Positions 63,393 through 64,000 of a stretch of 64,000 bases of DNA are shown piece after piece. The notes beneath the pieces are model-generated. The model worked only from the letters and a program-made list of their open reading frames with translations. It was not told where the DNA came from and did no database searches. How positions within the stretch are numbered: the stretch's first letter is position 1; each line of letters starts with the position of its first letter. A program made the translations under genes and the position numbers. Origin of the DNA: Tricharina praecox (taxonomy: Eukaryota); the NCBI RefSeq assembly GCF_024521635.1, contig NW_026250418.1, forward strand, positions 682,001-746,000, given 5' to 3'.

Positions 63393-64000
63393 TCAATCCT
63401 TCTCTGAAGATGGTGTCGTTGGCACCGTCTCCGCCTCCTTCTCCTTCTCCTTGTCAACCTTCTTGACCTCCCTCTTCTTCTTGCCAAAGTACAAAGTCTT
63501 AAGCCGCCGTAGTTTCTGTAGCTTGCTGTTATCCTCGGCGTCCCGTTCTTCATTGGTCAGTTCGTGAGAGTGGGTGGAGGCAACCGAGGCTACACTATAG
63601 ACACTCGCCGCTCCGGAAACTCCTCTTGATGGTTGTTTGAGGACACGCAGCATCGTGCACCATCCGGGCTCTTTACCTTGTGAAGCGGCGTTGACCCACG
63701 GACAATACTTCGCCCATTAGCTTCCCTTCCGGCCAAGCAATGCTCGAGGACTTACATCACGATGTTCCCCGACCAAGTCCAACCTGCAGACACTCGCCTC
63801 GTCCTCCTCCGTGCCATTCTCCGCGGTCTTCTTTCTAAAAAGCCACAGCCCAAGGCGTCGGAAGCATGCCGAGCACGACACCAGACTTGGAATCCCCGGA
63901 TCGTCGTTCCTCCAACCAAACAGCGCTAGCATCGCTGCAGTCTCGAAAATTGGGCCCTCTTCCATGCATTCCGAGGGATAATGTAGCGCCGCCGGTTCGA
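63393..64000 (-). CDS. 3' part of an Rsm1/NIPA (ZC3HC1)/Pml39-like C3HC zinc-finger protein, truncated by the window edge
   Basis: LALFGW..LVSCSACFRRLGLWLF..LDLVGEHRD|intron|YCPWVN..GW. Confidence 0.85.

Overview
Gene-dense eukaryotic DNA from a filamentous ascomycete. This rests on short GT-AG introns with CTAAC/CTGAC branch points and Pezizomycotina-type orthologs; Pezizomycetes is only a guess. Recognisable genes are MED13 (Ssn2/Srb9), ENP2/NOL10, an Ego1/LAMTOR1-like anchor, mitochondrial bL33 (GC-AG intron), a 2-oxoglutarate/malate-type mitochondrial carrier, RAD4/XPC, an F-box-like gene, a CE5 cutinase/acetylxylan esterase, a REC114-like meiotic DSB factor, dynactin Arp11, KAR5/Tht1, RSC9, a TCO89-like protein, PAN2 and the 3' end of an Rsm1/NIPA-like C3HC gene. 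An 8-exon ~1430-aa coiled-coil gene has transverse-filament-like architecture. The most unusual feature is in the accessory block at 18.9-21.9 kb. Three near-identical 72-73-nt repeats are separated by unique spacers and look CRISPR-like. On the minus strand they read as spliceosomal introns, and the spacers are open, 3n, phase-1 micro-exons of a small orphan gene whose neighbouring paralog is frameshifted. A ~260-nt hairpin-rich candidate ncRNA lies at 22.9-23.2 kb. All calls come from reading motifs by eye; no searches were run.
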